Positions 1-8,625 are shown, counted from the stretch's first letter. The stretch is 34,272 nt of DNA from an uncultured Propionibacteriaceae bacterium (GCA_964458365.1 CAYWIN010000001.1:1-34272), one strand, 5' to 3'. The notes: generated by a model not told the origin, from the sequence alone. Program-made: numbers and translations.

Positions 1-348
1 GTCCAGGCTGCGGCCGAACTCCGCTTCGGCTTTGGCCCGAATGTCGGCGAAGGCCGCAGGCGGCACCTCATCTTGAAGACCAGACAGTTCGTCGGTGATT
101 TCGGCCGGCAAGACGTCCATGCGCGCCGAGAGGAACTGACCCACCTTGATCATCAATCCGCCCATGCCGACCGCCATGCCCCGGAAGCGCGCCGCAATTC
201 GTTGGTTGCGGCGCGTTCGGGTGCGATTGGACCAGGCGACCAGCCCCAGCTTGGGCAGAACGATTTCCCAGACAATGAAACTGGACGTCACTCCGGCAAA
301 GAAGGTGACGATCCGGCGATATCTGGCCCTGAGTTGCCTCGGGGTCAT
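1..348 (-). CDS. ABC1/AarF/UbiB-family atypical kinase, N-terminal part (runs off the left edge)
   Basis: Not in the ORF track. Manual translation from ATG 348 gives MTPRQLRARYRRIVTFFAG...MGGLMIKVGQFLSARMDVLPAEITDELSGLQDEVPP, matching the ABC1 'GG..IKxGQ.LS.R.D.LP....eL..LQD.vpp' motif. It starts 5 bp after the PadR stop. Confidence 0.85.
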   Translation of the reverse strand, partial: MTPRQLRARYRRIVTFFAGVTSSFIVWEIVLPKLGLVAWSNRTRTRRNQRIAARFRGMAVGMGGLMIKVGQFLSARMDVLPAEITDELSGLQDEVPPAAFADIRAKAEAEFGRSLD

Positions 349-353
349 GAACC

Positions 354-911
354 TCAGTCCTCGGCGAGCAGGGTGTAAATGCGCTTGCGGGCGTCGTTGA
401 GCACGTCAACCGCAGCGTCGATCTTGGCTTTGTCTCCACCTCGAGCAACTTGGAAAACTGCGGACGCCAGACGCCCGCCCGCTTCGCGAAGGGTGAACAC
501 GCCGCTCAGATCACCGAAGGTGGCAGCCACATCCCATGGCGCCTGGTCCTCTGCCAGCGCATCGACGGCGGCTTTGCCCGACTCGGTAAGGCTGAATACC
601 TTCTTGCCTGACGACTCTTCGGCCACGATCAGGCCTTCGTCGGCGAGCAACTGCAAGGTCGGGTAGATGGAGCCTGCACTGGGACGCCACACACCCCCGC
701 TGCGCTTACTCAGCTCCTGAATAATCTGGTAGCCATGCATGGGCTGCTCAGCAAGGACTTTCAAAACTGCGGCGCGGGTATCGCCGCGACGAGCCCGAGC
801 ATGGGGGCCGAATCCGCCCGGCATGGGGCCGCCCTTGACACCCCAGTCGGCAAACTTGCGCAGAAATGCGGCCGGATCGGGTCCGCAGCATGCACCATCG
901 GTAGGAGACAT
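354..911 (-). CDS. PadR-family transcriptional regulator
   Basis: Winged-HTH motif RGDTRAAVLKVLAEQPMHGYQIIQEL..RSGGVWRPSAGSIYPTLQLLADEGLI, and actinobacterial-type C-terminus (DARKRIYTLLAED). Confidence 0.92.
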   Translation of the reverse strand: MSPTDGACCGPDPAAFLRKFADWGVKGGPMPGGFGPHARARRGDTRAAVLKVLAEQPMHGYQIIQELSKRSGGVWRPSAGSIYPTLQLLADEGLIVAEESSGKKVFSLTESGKAAVDALAEDQAPWDVAATFGDLSGVFTLREAGGRLASAVFQVARGGDKAKIDAAVDVLNDARKRIYTLLAED

Positions 912-935
912 CTCTTAGCCTTTCCCAAACATCTA

Positions 936-947
936 GCGATATATCGC
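936..947. promoter_or_regulatory. Perfect palindrome GCGATATATCGC, putative PadR operator
   Basis: 12-bp palindrome about 25 bp upstream of the padR start. The operator role is inferred from position. Confidence 0.5.
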
Positions 948-1084
948 AATATAGCGCGAGGGTGGCGAGAACCGAAGACCCTGCAGCAAGCTCAGTGATT
1001 CTCCTCCCCGCCCAGCTGTGTGCCCCGGCGGTGGTTTCCTGGCAAAGCCCCTTCCCAGAAGCCATGCCCGCCTAAGCTGAAGGC

Positions 1085-1351
1085 ATGCTTATCCTCGGAT
1101 TGATTCTCTTCGGCATGCTCGTTGGTGCTGCGGCGCAACTCATCTTGGGCCAAACCCGAAACGGCGTCGATTGGACGCTGGCCATCATCGCTGGGCTGGC
1201 CGGATCATTTCTTGGCGGACTCTTGTCCAGCATGGTCGCTCACGATGGGCTCGAGCTTCGCCCGTCTGGGATCATCGGATCGCTGCTCGGAGCGGTCATT
1301 ATTACGGCGTTGTGGACTTTGTGGAAGCGGCGGTCGAACTCCAAGTCGTGA
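1085..1351 (+). CDS. GlsB/YeaQ/YmgE (transglycosylase-associated) family small membrane protein
   Basis: 88 aa with three Gly-rich hydrophobic segments (IIAGLAGSFLGG, GIIGSLLGAVII). TAAGCT -10 lies 6 nt before the ATG (leaderless). Confidence 0.8.
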   Translation: MLILGLILFGMLVGAAAQLILGQTRNGVDWTLAIIAGLAGSFLGGLLSSMVAHDGLELRPSGIIGSLLGAVIITALWTLWKRRSNSKS

Positions 1352-1382
1352 GCCATGAGGGTGCGTAGCGTAGTGTCATAAG

Positions 1383-1970
1383 ATGATCCGACAGAGCATC
1401 GCTCGAACGTACTGGCATTTCAGCCGCTGGACCCTCCTCAACGAACCACAGCCAGATGTTCCTCGGATCATCGTCGGTGCTCCGCACACCTCAAACTGGG
1501 ATTTTGTTTTCATGCTCGCCATTTGTTGGCGATCGCGAATCGCCATGAGGTGGCTCGGCAAGCACACCCTCTTCACTGGATGGCGCGGCCCGTTGATGAG
1601 GGCTTTGGGCGGAATCTCCGTCGATCGCAGCCAGCCGGGGAGCATCATCGCCCAACTTCTCGCCGAGCAACGCAACCGCAGCATTTCGATCGTGATCACG
1701 CCTGAAGGAACTCGCGGGACGGCTCGCCAATGGAAGTCGGGTTTCTACCGGCTTGCCCTCGAATCTGGCCTTCCGGTCACGCTGGCCTTCGTTGATCGCA
1801 ACACGATGACCACGGGCCTAGGCCCGACCATGGAGCTCACCGGAAAGCCCGTGCTCGATATGGACGCCATCCGCGCCTACTACGCGGACAAGGCTGGGTT
1901 CTATCCCGAGAAAACTACTGTTCCCCGGCTTTCTATCGAAGGACGCCGGTTGCCAGAGGACCAGGAGTAA
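1383..1970 (+). CDS. Lysophospholipid / 1-acyl-sn-glycerol-3-phosphate acyltransferase (PlsC family)
   Basis: HxxxxD motif (APHTSNWD), plus PEGTR and WKSGFYRLA motifs. Confidence 0.9.
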   Translation: MIRQSIARTYWHFSRWTLLNEPQPDVPRIIVGAPHTSNWDFVFMLAICWRSRIAMRWLGKHTLFTGWRGPLMRALGGISVDRSQPGSIIAQLLAEQRNRSISIVITPEGTRGTARQWKSGFYRLALESGLPVTLAFVDRNTMTTGLGPTMELTGKPVLDMDAIRAYYADKAGFYPEKTTVPRLSIEGRRLPEDQE

Positions 1971-2014
1971 CCTCCGGTCTCCTCTGGCAACCGCTTGTGC
2001 ACTTTGGGTGCTTG

Positions 2015-3220
2015 TTAGCGGACTCTCGGCGTCGACGCGCTGGCCCTGCTGATGCTGTGGTAGCCCTTCTTCGATCCGGTCACCTTCACCGTGATCCTCT
2101 TACCCAACACCGCACGCTTCAGCTTCAACGAAGACTTCGTCGCACCCTTGACCTTCACACCATTGGCAAACCACTGATAACGCAAAGCCACCGGGGCCGG
2201 AGTCCACACACCAGCACGCGCCACCAACGTCCTACCCACCCGCGGCACACCAACAACCACCGGCTTCGACGACAACAACACCCGCACCCGGACATTCCAA
2301 CCCCAACAGAAATCCGTTTCTGCATAGCAATTGAAAGTCGACACGACAGCGGCATTTCCACCACCTGGCCGAACTTCTATTCGCCCAACGACGGTAGTGA
2401 ATCTAGCGAATGAAGTGTAGGACTTGGTCAGGCCCGAGTAGTTTCCGTTCGCGTCCGTGTAGCCGATCCGTGCACCTTTGGCAAAACGCACCTCAGCACC
2501 TCGCACTGGATGGCCCTGATAGTCCGTCACCCGCCCACTAAATGCCACGACATCTGTCTGACCGGCTTTGGCCAGGACGATCCGACCAACATCTCCCACC
2601 ATCTTGAGTACTGCCTCTTGATACCGATAGGCGGTTTGATAACCGTCGGCTTCAACGCGAAAAGTGGTGTTGTCTCCGGCATCGAAACCGAGCCAGATTC
2701 GAAAACGCCCATCCTTCCCAGTCACGCGGACTTCATCGGGAGTTCCCGGCTCGTTACCGCTCACCACTGCGCCCGCTATGGGTCGACCCGCCGCATCCAC
2801 CACCGTTCCCACGGTCACCGGCTGAGTCTTCTCGGTGAAGTCAAATGTCGCCGTCGTCTGCCCCGCCGAACGAGGGACGCAATTGCGGAAATCCCACAGC
2901 GCTAGCGCCCGTGACTTGAGGTGCTGGCCCGCTTTTGGCTGAAGCGCGAGACAGTAGACGATCTGCTCCGGGCCGCCCCTGGGCTTCGCCTCGAGCACCA
3001 CCGAATACCGGCCGTTCGCGTCGGTGATCGAACACCGATCATCCATCCAGTAGTCACAAACCCCGACGCCTTGACTCGGTTTGCCATCCACATACACCGT
3101 GCCTGTCACCGTCATCGGCGGAAAAGCATCATCTGCCCAACTGGGCACCGCCCCGCCCAAGGACAAAACCACGACCAAAAGGCCCACTGCCCAAGCGCGG
3201 ACCACACTCTGCCTAACCAT
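2015..3220 (-). CDS. Secreted surface protein with carboxypeptidase-regulatory-like beta domains and a basic C-terminal Ig-like module (paralog A)
   Basis: Signal peptide MVRQSVVRAWAVGLLVVVLSLGGAVPSWA. Repeated 'G.V.D..G.P..GA.V...TD..G.Y' units. C-terminus contains YQWFANG..KITVKVTGSKKGY. Start moved to ATG 3220 after a GGGGGA RBS. Confidence 0.8.
   Translation of the reverse strand: MVRQSVVRAWAVGLLVVVLSLGGAVPSWADDAFPPMTVTGTVYVDGKPSQGVGVCDYWMDDRCSITDANGRYSVVLEAKPRGGPEQIVYCLALQPKAGQHLKSRALALWDFRNCVPRSAGQTTATFDFTEKTQPVTVGTVVDAAGRPIAGAVVSGNEPGTPDEVRVTGKDGRFRIWLGFDAGDNTTFRVEADGYQTAYRYQEAVLKMVGDVGRIVLAKAGQTDVVAFSGRVTDYQGHPVRGAEVRFAKGARIGYTDANGNYSGLTKSYTSFARFTTVVGRIEVRPGGGNAAVVSTFNCYAETDFCWGWNVRVRVLLSSKPVVVGVPRVGRTLVARAGVWTPAPVALRYQWFANGVKVKGATKSSLKLKRAVLGKRITVKVTGSKKGYHSISRASASTPRVR
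2059..2298. repeat. 240-bp direct repeat, copy 1 (partner 3368-3607)
   Basis: Manual alignment gives 238/240 identity, with mismatches at 2084/3393 and 2280/3589. Confidence 0.95.
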
Positions 3221-3284
3221 TTGCCATCCCCCGAATCCGATTTGACGACGCGGCATGATCCGAAAAGCACATCACCTAGAAAGC

Positions 3285-3316
3285 AAGGGCCCCGAGCTGG
3301 ATAGCTCGGGGCCCTT
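3285..3316 (-). terminator. Perfect 14-bp hairpin between the two paralogs (intrinsic terminator or mRNA-stabilising stem)
   Basis: AAGGGCCCCGAGCT-GGAT-AGCTCGGGGCCCTT, 4 bp downstream of the 3321 stop, followed on the minus strand by GCTTTCT. Confidence 0.75.
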
Positions 3317-3320
3317 ACCG

Positions 3321-4550
3321 TCAACGAGTAACTGCGCGAGTAGACACACTCAGCACACTGACGCTGCGGTAGCCCTTCTTCGATCCGGTCACTTTCACCG
3401 TGATCCTCTTACCCAACACCGCACGCTTCAGCTTCAACGAAGACTTCGTCGCACCCTTGACCTTCACACCATTGGCAAACCACTGATAACGCAAAGCCAC
3501 CGGGGCCGGAGTCCACACACCAGCACGCGCCACCAACGTCCTACCCACCCGCGGCACACCAACAACCACCGGCTTCGACGACAACAACGCCCGCACCCGG
3601 ACATTCCCATTCGTGGCGAAGTTACCCAAGCCATAGACAGCAAGGGTGACCTTCGCGTAGCCATTCCTATCTGAAGGAATAACTTCGAGCTTCACGGTCG
3701 TGAGCGAATGATCGGGTGCGGCTTTCGTCATTCCCGCATAGTTGCCGTTCGCGTCGGTGTACCCAACCCGGGCCCCACCGACATATCGCACCTCAGCACC
3801 CGGCACTGCACGACCCTGGTAATCCGTCACCCGGCCACTGAAGGTAAACATTTCGGTCGTGCCCGCCTTAGCCAACACAATCCGACCAACCGGGCCAGCG
3901 AACCCTCTCTTCGGAGCGTAAGCATTCTGGTAGCCGTCAGCACTCACAGTGAGGGACATTCCGTCGTAGCTGAAGTACTCCTGCCACACCCGGAACAGAC
4001 CATCCTTACCCGTCACACCAATCTCATCAGATTTCGGCGTATTGGCCCTCTCGTGCGCTTCCACCTTCGCGCCCACAATCGGACGGCCCTTCACATCAAC
4101 GACCTGCCCCGTAACCGGCAGCTGACGCGTCAACTTGTAGTCGTAGCTGGCCGTGGCGCTGTCGCTGAAGCTGGTGACCTGATAGCCGCAGGCAACGCCC
4201 TCGGATATCTGTCGGCTCACGCTAGGCACGTAATGCTCTCCAGGCTTGACCACGTTGCCCAGGCAGTAGCCCCAGTTGTTCGGGCCAGTGAGGCGCAGTG
4301 CGGTAACGGTGAGAGAGTATTTCCCTTGAGCATCCGAAACCGAGCAAGCGTGCTCTGCCGAGCCGAACGGGCCAGAACTGCAGATCTCAATTCCTGCTGT
4401 GGCTTTACCGTCCACAAGCACAGTGCCCGACACCGAAATCGGCGCCGGAGGCACAGAGTCATCGGCCCAACTGGGTACCGCCCCACCCAAAACAAGTGCG
4501 GCAGCAGAGACACCAATCACCGCAGCACGAAACAGCCCACGCTTTTCCAT
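3321..4550 (-). CDS. Secreted surface protein with carboxypeptidase-regulatory-like beta domains and a basic C-terminal Ig-like module (paralog B)
   Basis: Signal peptide MEKRGLFRAAVIGVSAAALVLGGAVPSWA, colinear with paralog A. Start moved to ATG 4550 (GGGGGAA RBS) because the longer ORF overlaps the next gene. Confidence 0.8.
   Translation of the reverse strand: MEKRGLFRAAVIGVSAAALVLGGAVPSWADDSVPPAPISVSGTVLVDGKATAGIEICSSGPFGSAEHACSVSDAQGKYSLTVTALRLTGPNNWGYCLGNVVKPGEHYVPSVSRQISEGVACGYQVTSFSDSATASYDYKLTRQLPVTGQVVDVKGRPIVGAKVEAHERANTPKSDEIGVTGKDGLFRVWQEYFSYDGMSLTVSADGYQNAYAPKRGFAGPVGRIVLAKAGTTEMFTFSGRVTDYQGRAVPGAEVRYVGGARVGYTDANGNYAGMTKAAPDHSLTTVKLEVIPSDRNGYAKVTLAVYGLGNFATNGNVRVRALLSSKPVVVGVPRVGRTLVARAGVWTPAPVALRYQWFANGVKVKGATKSSLKLKRAVLGKRITVKVTGSKKGYRSVSVLSVSTRAVTR
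3368..3607. repeat. 240-bp direct repeat, copy 2 (partner 2059-2298)
   Basis: 238/240 identical to copy 1, offset 1309 bp. Confidence 0.95.
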
Positions 4551-4838
4551 ACATTCCCCCCAAAAGAAAAAATGACAGGCGAATCGCGGCAGAAAACAAA
4601 TGCTCCCAAGACTGCCGACGCATCCGCCAATGCAAAGACACCTCGAAACTAGCAGTCGAGACAGAGAATGCAACTCCAGGGCCTCAAACAACCAAACTAC
4701 GGACACTGCCCGGCATGCCGGTGAGCGCAATAAGTGGGCATTGACAAGGCCCCATACCGCCTGCAAGTAAGCACTCGCGATTTGATCTCGCGTTTGCGAC
4801 ACACGATCCGAGCCAGCGAAAACCGATAGGTTCAAGGC

Positions 4839-5513
4839 ATGTCGGAGGTTCTGATCGCCCGCCGCACGCACGAGGTCGCGGTTCTCACACTCAATCGCCC
4901 ACAGCGGCGCAACGCGCTCAACGTCGAGCTATGCCATGACCTGTTAGATGCGGCCCATCAAGCCGTCAACGACGGCTGCACGGCGATGGTCATCACCGGC
5001 GAAGGCACTTCCTTTTGCTCTGGGGCGGACCTCAACGAGGTGTACGGAAAGACCTTCACCACAGCCCTCTACCAAACACTGCATGGATTATCCCAGCTCG
5101 AAATCCCGGTCATCGCCGCGGTCAACGGACCCGCCATCGGTGGCGGTGCCCAACTCGCCCTCGCCTGCGATTTTCGAGTCGTGCACGACACTGCACGATT
5201 CGCCATCCCGACAGCAGTGAATGGGCTTGCGGTCGATGCCTGGACCATCCGGGCCCTCGTCGAGCTGGCTGGCCAATCCACCGCCCGCCGCATGCTGCTC
5301 AGCGCCGAGTCCATCGACGCCCCCGAAGCAATCGCCACCCATTTGGCCGACCGAAGTGGCGACCTCGCCGACGCCCTGACCTGGGCTGCACAGCTCACGC
5401 AACACGTGGCAGCGAGTATGAGCTACGCCAAACGCATCCTCAACAACTGGGCAGACGAAACTGAGATATCTCAGCGCTACCATCAAATCTGGGCAGACCG
5501 CACGGACACCTAA
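4839..5513 (+). CDS. Enoyl-CoA hydratase/isomerase (crotonase) family protein
   Basis: LTLNRPQRRNALN, GEGTSFCSGADL and PVIAAVNGPAIGGGAQLALACDFR motifs. TAGGTT-N6-ATG leaderless start. Confidence 0.92.
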   Translation: MSEVLIARRTHEVAVLTLNRPQRRNALNVELCHDLLDAAHQAVNDGCTAMVITGEGTSFCSGADLNEVYGKTFTTALYQTLHGLSQLEIPVIAAVNGPAIGGGAQLALACDFRVVHDTARFAIPTAVNGLAVDAWTIRALVELAGQSTARRMLLSAESIDAPEAIATHLADRSGDLADALTWAAQLTQHVAASMSYAKRILNNWADETEISQRYHQIWADRTDT

Positions 5514-5579
5514 AGTGGGGCGTCCCCGAAACCGGACGCGTCTACCCAAACCGATACCGCAAGACCGACAAGAAGAGCC

Positions 5580-5840
5580 GTGGAAGACGTTGATCCGCTC
5601 GAAGCGCTGAGCCGAGCCTCAGATGCGCTGCAATGCGCAACCCGCGACCTCGATGCTGCCGTGCTCGCCGCCCGCAACGGTGGGGCGAGCTGGGCGACAA
5701 TCGGCAACACCTTGGGCATTACCAGGCAGTCGGCTCACGAACGCTGGGGTCACCTCGCTCGGGGCGAGTGTCGGCGAGACGACTGCGACTGCCCCCACCA
5801 CCTGCCTCACACCTGCCCCTGCGGGCACTCACCAGCCTGA
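5580..5840 (+). CDS. Small actinobacterial HTH protein with a Cys/His-rich C-terminal tail
   Basis: HTH-type motif AVLAARNGGASWATIGNTLGITRQSAHERW, with tail CRRDDCDCPHHLPHTCPCGH. Confidence 0.7.
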   Translation: MEDVDPLEALSRASDALQCATRDLDAAVLAARNGGASWATIGNTLGITRQSAHERWGHLARGECRRDDCDCPHHLPHTCPCGHSPA

Positions 5841-5851
5841 GCCAGACTGGT

Positions 5852-6229
5852 TCAGGAAGAGGCGTGGCCGTGAGCTTCGCTGTTCGCACAAGCCTGCGGA
5901 GGTGACATCCGCCCATCCATGTAGGCCGCGATCGTCCCCGCGACCGTACCGGACGCCCCGGTTGCGACATCAATACCGAAGTCGTGAAAGAACTGGATCG
6001 CCCGACCACCCATGCCACCGCTGAGCATCACTTGCGCACCATGGCTGGAGATGAACTGGGGAATCTGACCAGGTTGATGCGCCTCGGCAAACGGATTTAC
6101 CAGACACTCAACCCGTGAAACTTCCGCTGCATCAACATCGACGACCACAAAGAACGGCGCGTGTCCGAAATGCTGCGCAACCGACGCGTCGAGCCCGTCA
6201 TCGGTCTGAGCGGTAACCGCGATTCGCAT
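5852..6229 (-). CDS. NifB/NifX-family (dinitrogenase FeMo-cofactor biosynthesis domain) protein
   Basis: MRIAV...VAQHFGHAPFFVVVD and SGGMGGRAIQFF..GI.V motifs. AGGAGG RBS before ATG 6229. Confidence 0.85.
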   Translation of the reverse strand: MRIAVTAQTDDGLDASVAQHFGHAPFFVVVDVDAAEVSRVECLVNPFAEAHQPGQIPQFISSHGAQVMLSGGMGGRAIQFFHDFGIDVATGASGTVAGTIAAYMDGRMSPPQACANSEAHGHASS

Positions 6230-6278
6230 GTCTTCCTCCTGTTTCCGCCCACACAGAAGGGGCGCAAACAGCATGCTA

Positions 6279-6296
6279 TGTCAGGATTCCCTGACA
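6279..6296. promoter_or_regulatory. Inverted repeat TGTCAGG-N4-CCTGACA, possible operator or short stem
   Basis: Perfect 7-4-7 palindrome in the gap between the ACT and NifX-like genes. Function unknown. Confidence 0.35.
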
Positions 6297-6312
6297 CCCG
6301 TAGTTGGCGCGC

Positions 6313-6735
6313 TTACCCCTGTGGCAATCCCGCCGCAGTCAGCATCTCCACCGCAAGCTCCGCCGGTTCAAATTTGAAGACCAGAAGAGCATCGTCTCCA
6401 CTGGAAGCCACCTCGGCATAGAGGTACTCGATACTCACGTCGCTGCCCTCAAAGACCGCCAAGATCTCGGCAAGGGAACCCGGGCGGTCCGCCACCTCCA
6501 GACCAACCACCTCAGAAACCCGCGCCGTGTTTCCCAACTCCTGCACGGCAGCTAACGCCGCATCCGCATCATCGGGAATGAACCGCAAGATGCCGAAACG
6601 ATCAGTTTCGGCCAGCATCAGCGCACGCAGGTTGACTCCCCGCTTGGCCAAATGCTGAATCACCGGGGAAAGGCGTCCCCGTTCACTTTCCAGGAACACC
6701 GACACCTGTTGCAGGATCATGTCTGTTCTCCTCAC
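6313..6735 (-). CDS. ACT-domain amino-acid-binding protein (type found next to paaK)
   Basis: Tandem ACT motifs QVSVFLESERGRL...VNLRALMLAETDRFGILRFI and DRPGSLAEIL..SIEYLYA. 4-bp overlap with the paaK stop. Confidence 0.88.
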   Translation of the reverse strand: MRRTDMILQQVSVFLESERGRLSPVIQHLAKRGVNLRALMLAETDRFGILRFIPDDADAALAAVQELGNTARVSEVVGLEVADRPGSLAEILAVFEGSDVSIEYLYAEVASSGDDALLVFKFEPAELAVEMLTAAGLPQG

Positions 6736-8039
6736 GCACCGGTGTGGACGGACCGCCGGTCGACGATCCGCTTGGCCTTGCCTTCACTGCGCTCGATAGT
6801 CTTGGGGTTCACCAGCTTGACGGTGGCCTGGATCCCCAAGGCCAACTTGAGTTCATGCTCGATCTTGCGTTCCAAGGCCAGCACCACCCGCACCTCGTCA
6901 GAGAACAAAGTGGACGCCATCTCGACCTCCACCTCCAAGGTGTCCAAAGCCCCGGCTCGATCAACGACGATCTGGTAGTACGGTTCGACACCTTCCACCC
7001 GAAGCAGCACCTGTTCCACCTGCTGGGGGAAGACGTTGACTCCACGAATGATCAGCATGTCGTCGTTTCGACCCATCAGCCGATGTATGCGGCGCGAAGT
7101 TCGACCACATGCGCAGGGTTCGTCCATCAAATAGGTGATATCTCGAGTTCGGTAACGCAACACCGGCGTTCCCGTCCGCGTCAGCGTAGTGAGCACCAAC
7201 TCGCCCTTTTCGCCGGGTGGCAAGACCTCGCCCGTGTCGGGGTCGACGATTTCGGGGTAGAAGTGGTCCTCGAAAATGTGCAGGCCGTCTTGCTGTTCGC
7301 ACTCGGCAGCAACTCCCGGGCCGATCAGCTCAGTGAGGCCATAGATGTCGTAGGCCTTAATTCCCAGCCGACGTTCGATGTCGGCCCGCATTGCTTCGCT
7401 CCATGGCTCCGCGCCAAAGAACCCCGCACGCAGGCTCCCTCCGGCAACATCAATCCCGTTTTCCGCCGCATATTCGGCGATAAACATGGCGTAGGACGGG
7501 GTACACAGCAACGCGGTGGTGCCGAAATCGGCCATGGTGTTCAGCTGACGGAAAGTGTTCCCCGAACTCATCGGCAGCGTCATCGCACCTAAAGCCGTGG
7601 CACCGTAGTGACCACCCATTCCTCCGGTGAAGAGCCCATATCCGTAGGCAACCTGAATGATGTCTTGTGGGCCGACTCCCCCGGCATCGAGGGTGCGGGC
7701 CATCACCTCGCCCCACACCTCAAGGTCATTGCGGGTGTATCCACCAACAACCGGTTTTCCGGTGGTCCCCGACGACATGTGAACCTCAACGATCTGATCC
7801 TTGTCACAGGCAAAGAGCCCGAAGGGAAAGACCTCTCGCATGTCGTACTTGGACGTCAACGGCAGCCGTGCCACGTCGTCCAAGCTGGTCATCGCATCGG
7901 GAGCTAAGCCGACAGCGTCCAGCCGATCACGGTAGAACGGCACGTTCTGATGGACCAACGCCACCAGCTTTTGCATCCGCTCCAGCTGCAGTTCACGCAG
8001 GTGTTCCACCGGCATCGTTTGCCGTGCTTCACTCCACAT
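6732..8039 (-). CDS. paaK: Phenylacetate-CoA ligase family protein
   Basis: SSGTTGKP, YGYGLFTGG, GAEPWSE, DIYGLTE, RYRTRDIT, GRNDDMLIIRGVNVFP and RSEGKAKR motifs. Start at ATG 8039 after GGAGG. Confidence 0.92.
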   Translation of the reverse strand: MWSEARQTMPVEHLRELQLERMQKLVALVHQNVPFYRDRLDAVGLAPDAMTSLDDVARLPLTSKYDMREVFPFGLFACDKDQIVEVHMSSGTTGKPVVGGYTRNDLEVWGEVMARTLDAGGVGPQDIIQVAYGYGLFTGGMGGHYGATALGAMTLPMSSGNTFRQLNTMADFGTTALLCTPSYAMFIAEYAAENGIDVAGGSLRAGFFGAEPWSEAMRADIERRLGIKAYDIYGLTELIGPGVAAECEQQDGLHIFEDHFYPEIVDPDTGEVLPPGEKGELVLTTLTRTGTPVLRYRTRDITYLMDEPCACGRTSRRIHRLMGRNDDMLIIRGVNVFPQQVEQVLLRVEGVEPYYQIVVDRAGALDTLEVEVEMASTLFSDEVRVVLALERKIEHELKLALGIQATVKLVNPKTIERSEGKAKRIVDRRSVHTGA

Positions 8040-8625
8040 CAGCGACCTCCACCAGCTGATCCTGAGCCAGTTGCCTGCCCGTTTCAAAGGCATTCACATT
8101 GGCATCCTGACTGCCCCGAGGGGAAAGCAACTCGATCGCTCGACGAAGGTTCTCCTGCGGAAGCGGAAAGAAGACCGATGCGGCACCCAAGAGTGCCGTG
8201 TTTCGCACTTTCAGCGGGATCGAGCGCCGAATCGCCTTCAGCTCAATCCGGACCACCCGACCAAAGACCCGATCGATTTCCGCATCCACCCCTTCGGGGT
8301 ATTCGTTGACTCCCACCGGCAAGATCGGCTCGGCCAGATAACAGGCGTCGGCCTGGGGCCGCGCCCAGGACGCCCAGCGCAGCAACTCCATCGGCTCCAT
8401 CGCCAAGACCACGTCGGCCTGGCCTTCGTCGATCACCGGCGAATGCACCTTGTCGCCAAACCGGACATGGCTGAAGACCGGGCCACCGCGCCGAGACATC
8501 CCGTGGATCTCTGACTTCTTCACATCGAGACCGCTCAGCGCTGCTGCCTCGGCCAAGAGGTCGGACGACAGCACGATCCCTTGGCCACCGACCCCCACCA
8601 TCAAGACGTTGAACACCGGGTTCAC
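8029..8625 (-). CDS. iorB: Indolepyruvate:ferredoxin oxidoreductase beta subunit
   Basis: GVGGQGIVL, KKSEIHGMSRRGGPVFSHVRFG and SPVIDEGQAD motifs. The GTG start at 8625 overlaps the iorA stop (GTGA). Confidence 0.9.
   Translation of the reverse strand: MNPVFNVLMVGVGGQGIVLSSDLLAEAAALSGLDVKKSEIHGMSRRGGPVFSHVRFGDKVHSPVIDEGQADVVLAMEPMELLRWASWARPQADACYLAEPILPVGVNEYPEGVDAEIDRVFGRVVRIELKAIRRSIPLKVRNTALLGAASVFFPLPQENLRRAIELLSPRGSQDANVNAFETGRQLAQDQLVEVADVE

Noticed and set aside
2059-3607. Diversity-generating retroelement (TR/VR pair) as the explanation of the 240-bp repeat
   Set aside because: There is no reverse transcriptase in the window, both copies lie inside intact genes, and two mismatches show no adenine-specific pattern.
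4551-4838. Riboswitch or ncRNA in the larger intergenic regions (also 912-1084, 10939-11211, 29045-29193)
   Set aside because: I could not match c-di-AMP, c-di-GMP, T-box or other conserved cores by eye. An Rfam/Infernal scan would be needed.
4551-4871. 107-aa N-terminal extension of paralog B in the ORF track
   Set aside because: It overlaps the divergent crotonase gene and looks non-coding. The signal peptide and RBS fit ATG 4550.
5852-6229. Evidence of nitrogen fixation from the NifX-like gene
   Set aside because: Stand-alone NifB/NifX-domain proteins are common in non-diazotrophic anaerobes, and there are no nifHDK genes here.
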